Below, one piece after another: positions 63,795 to 64,000 of a stretch of 64,000 bases of DNA. Source of the stretch: Phoronis australis (lineage: Eukaryota > Animalia > Phoronida); NCBI GenBank assembly GCA_002633005.1, contig NMRA01000040.1, positions 17,362 to 81,361 of the forward strand. The letters are read 5' to 3'. Position 1 is the first letter of the stretch, and each line of letters begins with the position of its first letter. Below the pieces are notes generated by a model, which saw nothing but the letters and a program-made list of their open reading frames with translations, was not told the DNA's origin and ran no database searches. The translations under genes were made by a program, and so were the position numbers.

Positions 63795-64000
63795 CTGAAA
63801 TAAATGTCAGAAGAAAATGAGACAAACGTCTATGGACTGCAGTCGTGCCAATTGTGAACTAAATAAACAATAGATGAGCAACAATGGCCGAGACATGTTC
63901 ATTATGGACTGAAATAAACAACAAAAGAACATCAGATAAACTGCCATGGACTAAACTCGTTCTGATTATAAACTGAACGAACAGTAGATAATGAAAGATG

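Overview
This is eukaryotic, AT-rich, repeat-dense genomic DNA with GT-AG introns, most likely from an invertebrate animal. No prokaryotic operons, rRNA or CRISPR arrays are seen. Host genes are all on the minus strand. (1) At least 7 intact phase-1/phase-1 exons (2.1-24.9 kb) each encode one fibronectin type III (FN3) domain, in a strict A/B alternation; several decayed exon-like segments lie among and upstream of them. This is probably the ectodomain of an R3-type receptor phosphatase-like or other FN3-repeat protein. (2) An intronless CD20/MS4A-like tetraspan ORF (51.2-51.8 kb, 5' end cut by an N) and a truncated, frameshifted paralog sit within a ~7-8 kb tandem segmental duplication. (3) The 3' exons of MFSD1 (59.9-63.8 kb). 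Mobile DNA includes a full-length but decayed Mag-type Gypsy element with short LTRs, a tRNA-Ser PBS and a TCTGG TSD; a Gypsy integrase fragment; a CR1/L2-type LINE with TSD; a HERO-type RLE LINE; a Penelope RT/GIY-YIG remnant; short hammerhead-ribozyme-bearing Penelope-like inserts with inverted flanks; TTAA-flanked Kolobok-like elements carrying a THAP remnant; and many MITEs and hairpins. Single-N gaps occur at 24424, 35700 and 51844; the one at 35700 creates an artefactual duplication. All calls were made by eye from motifs; no searches were run.
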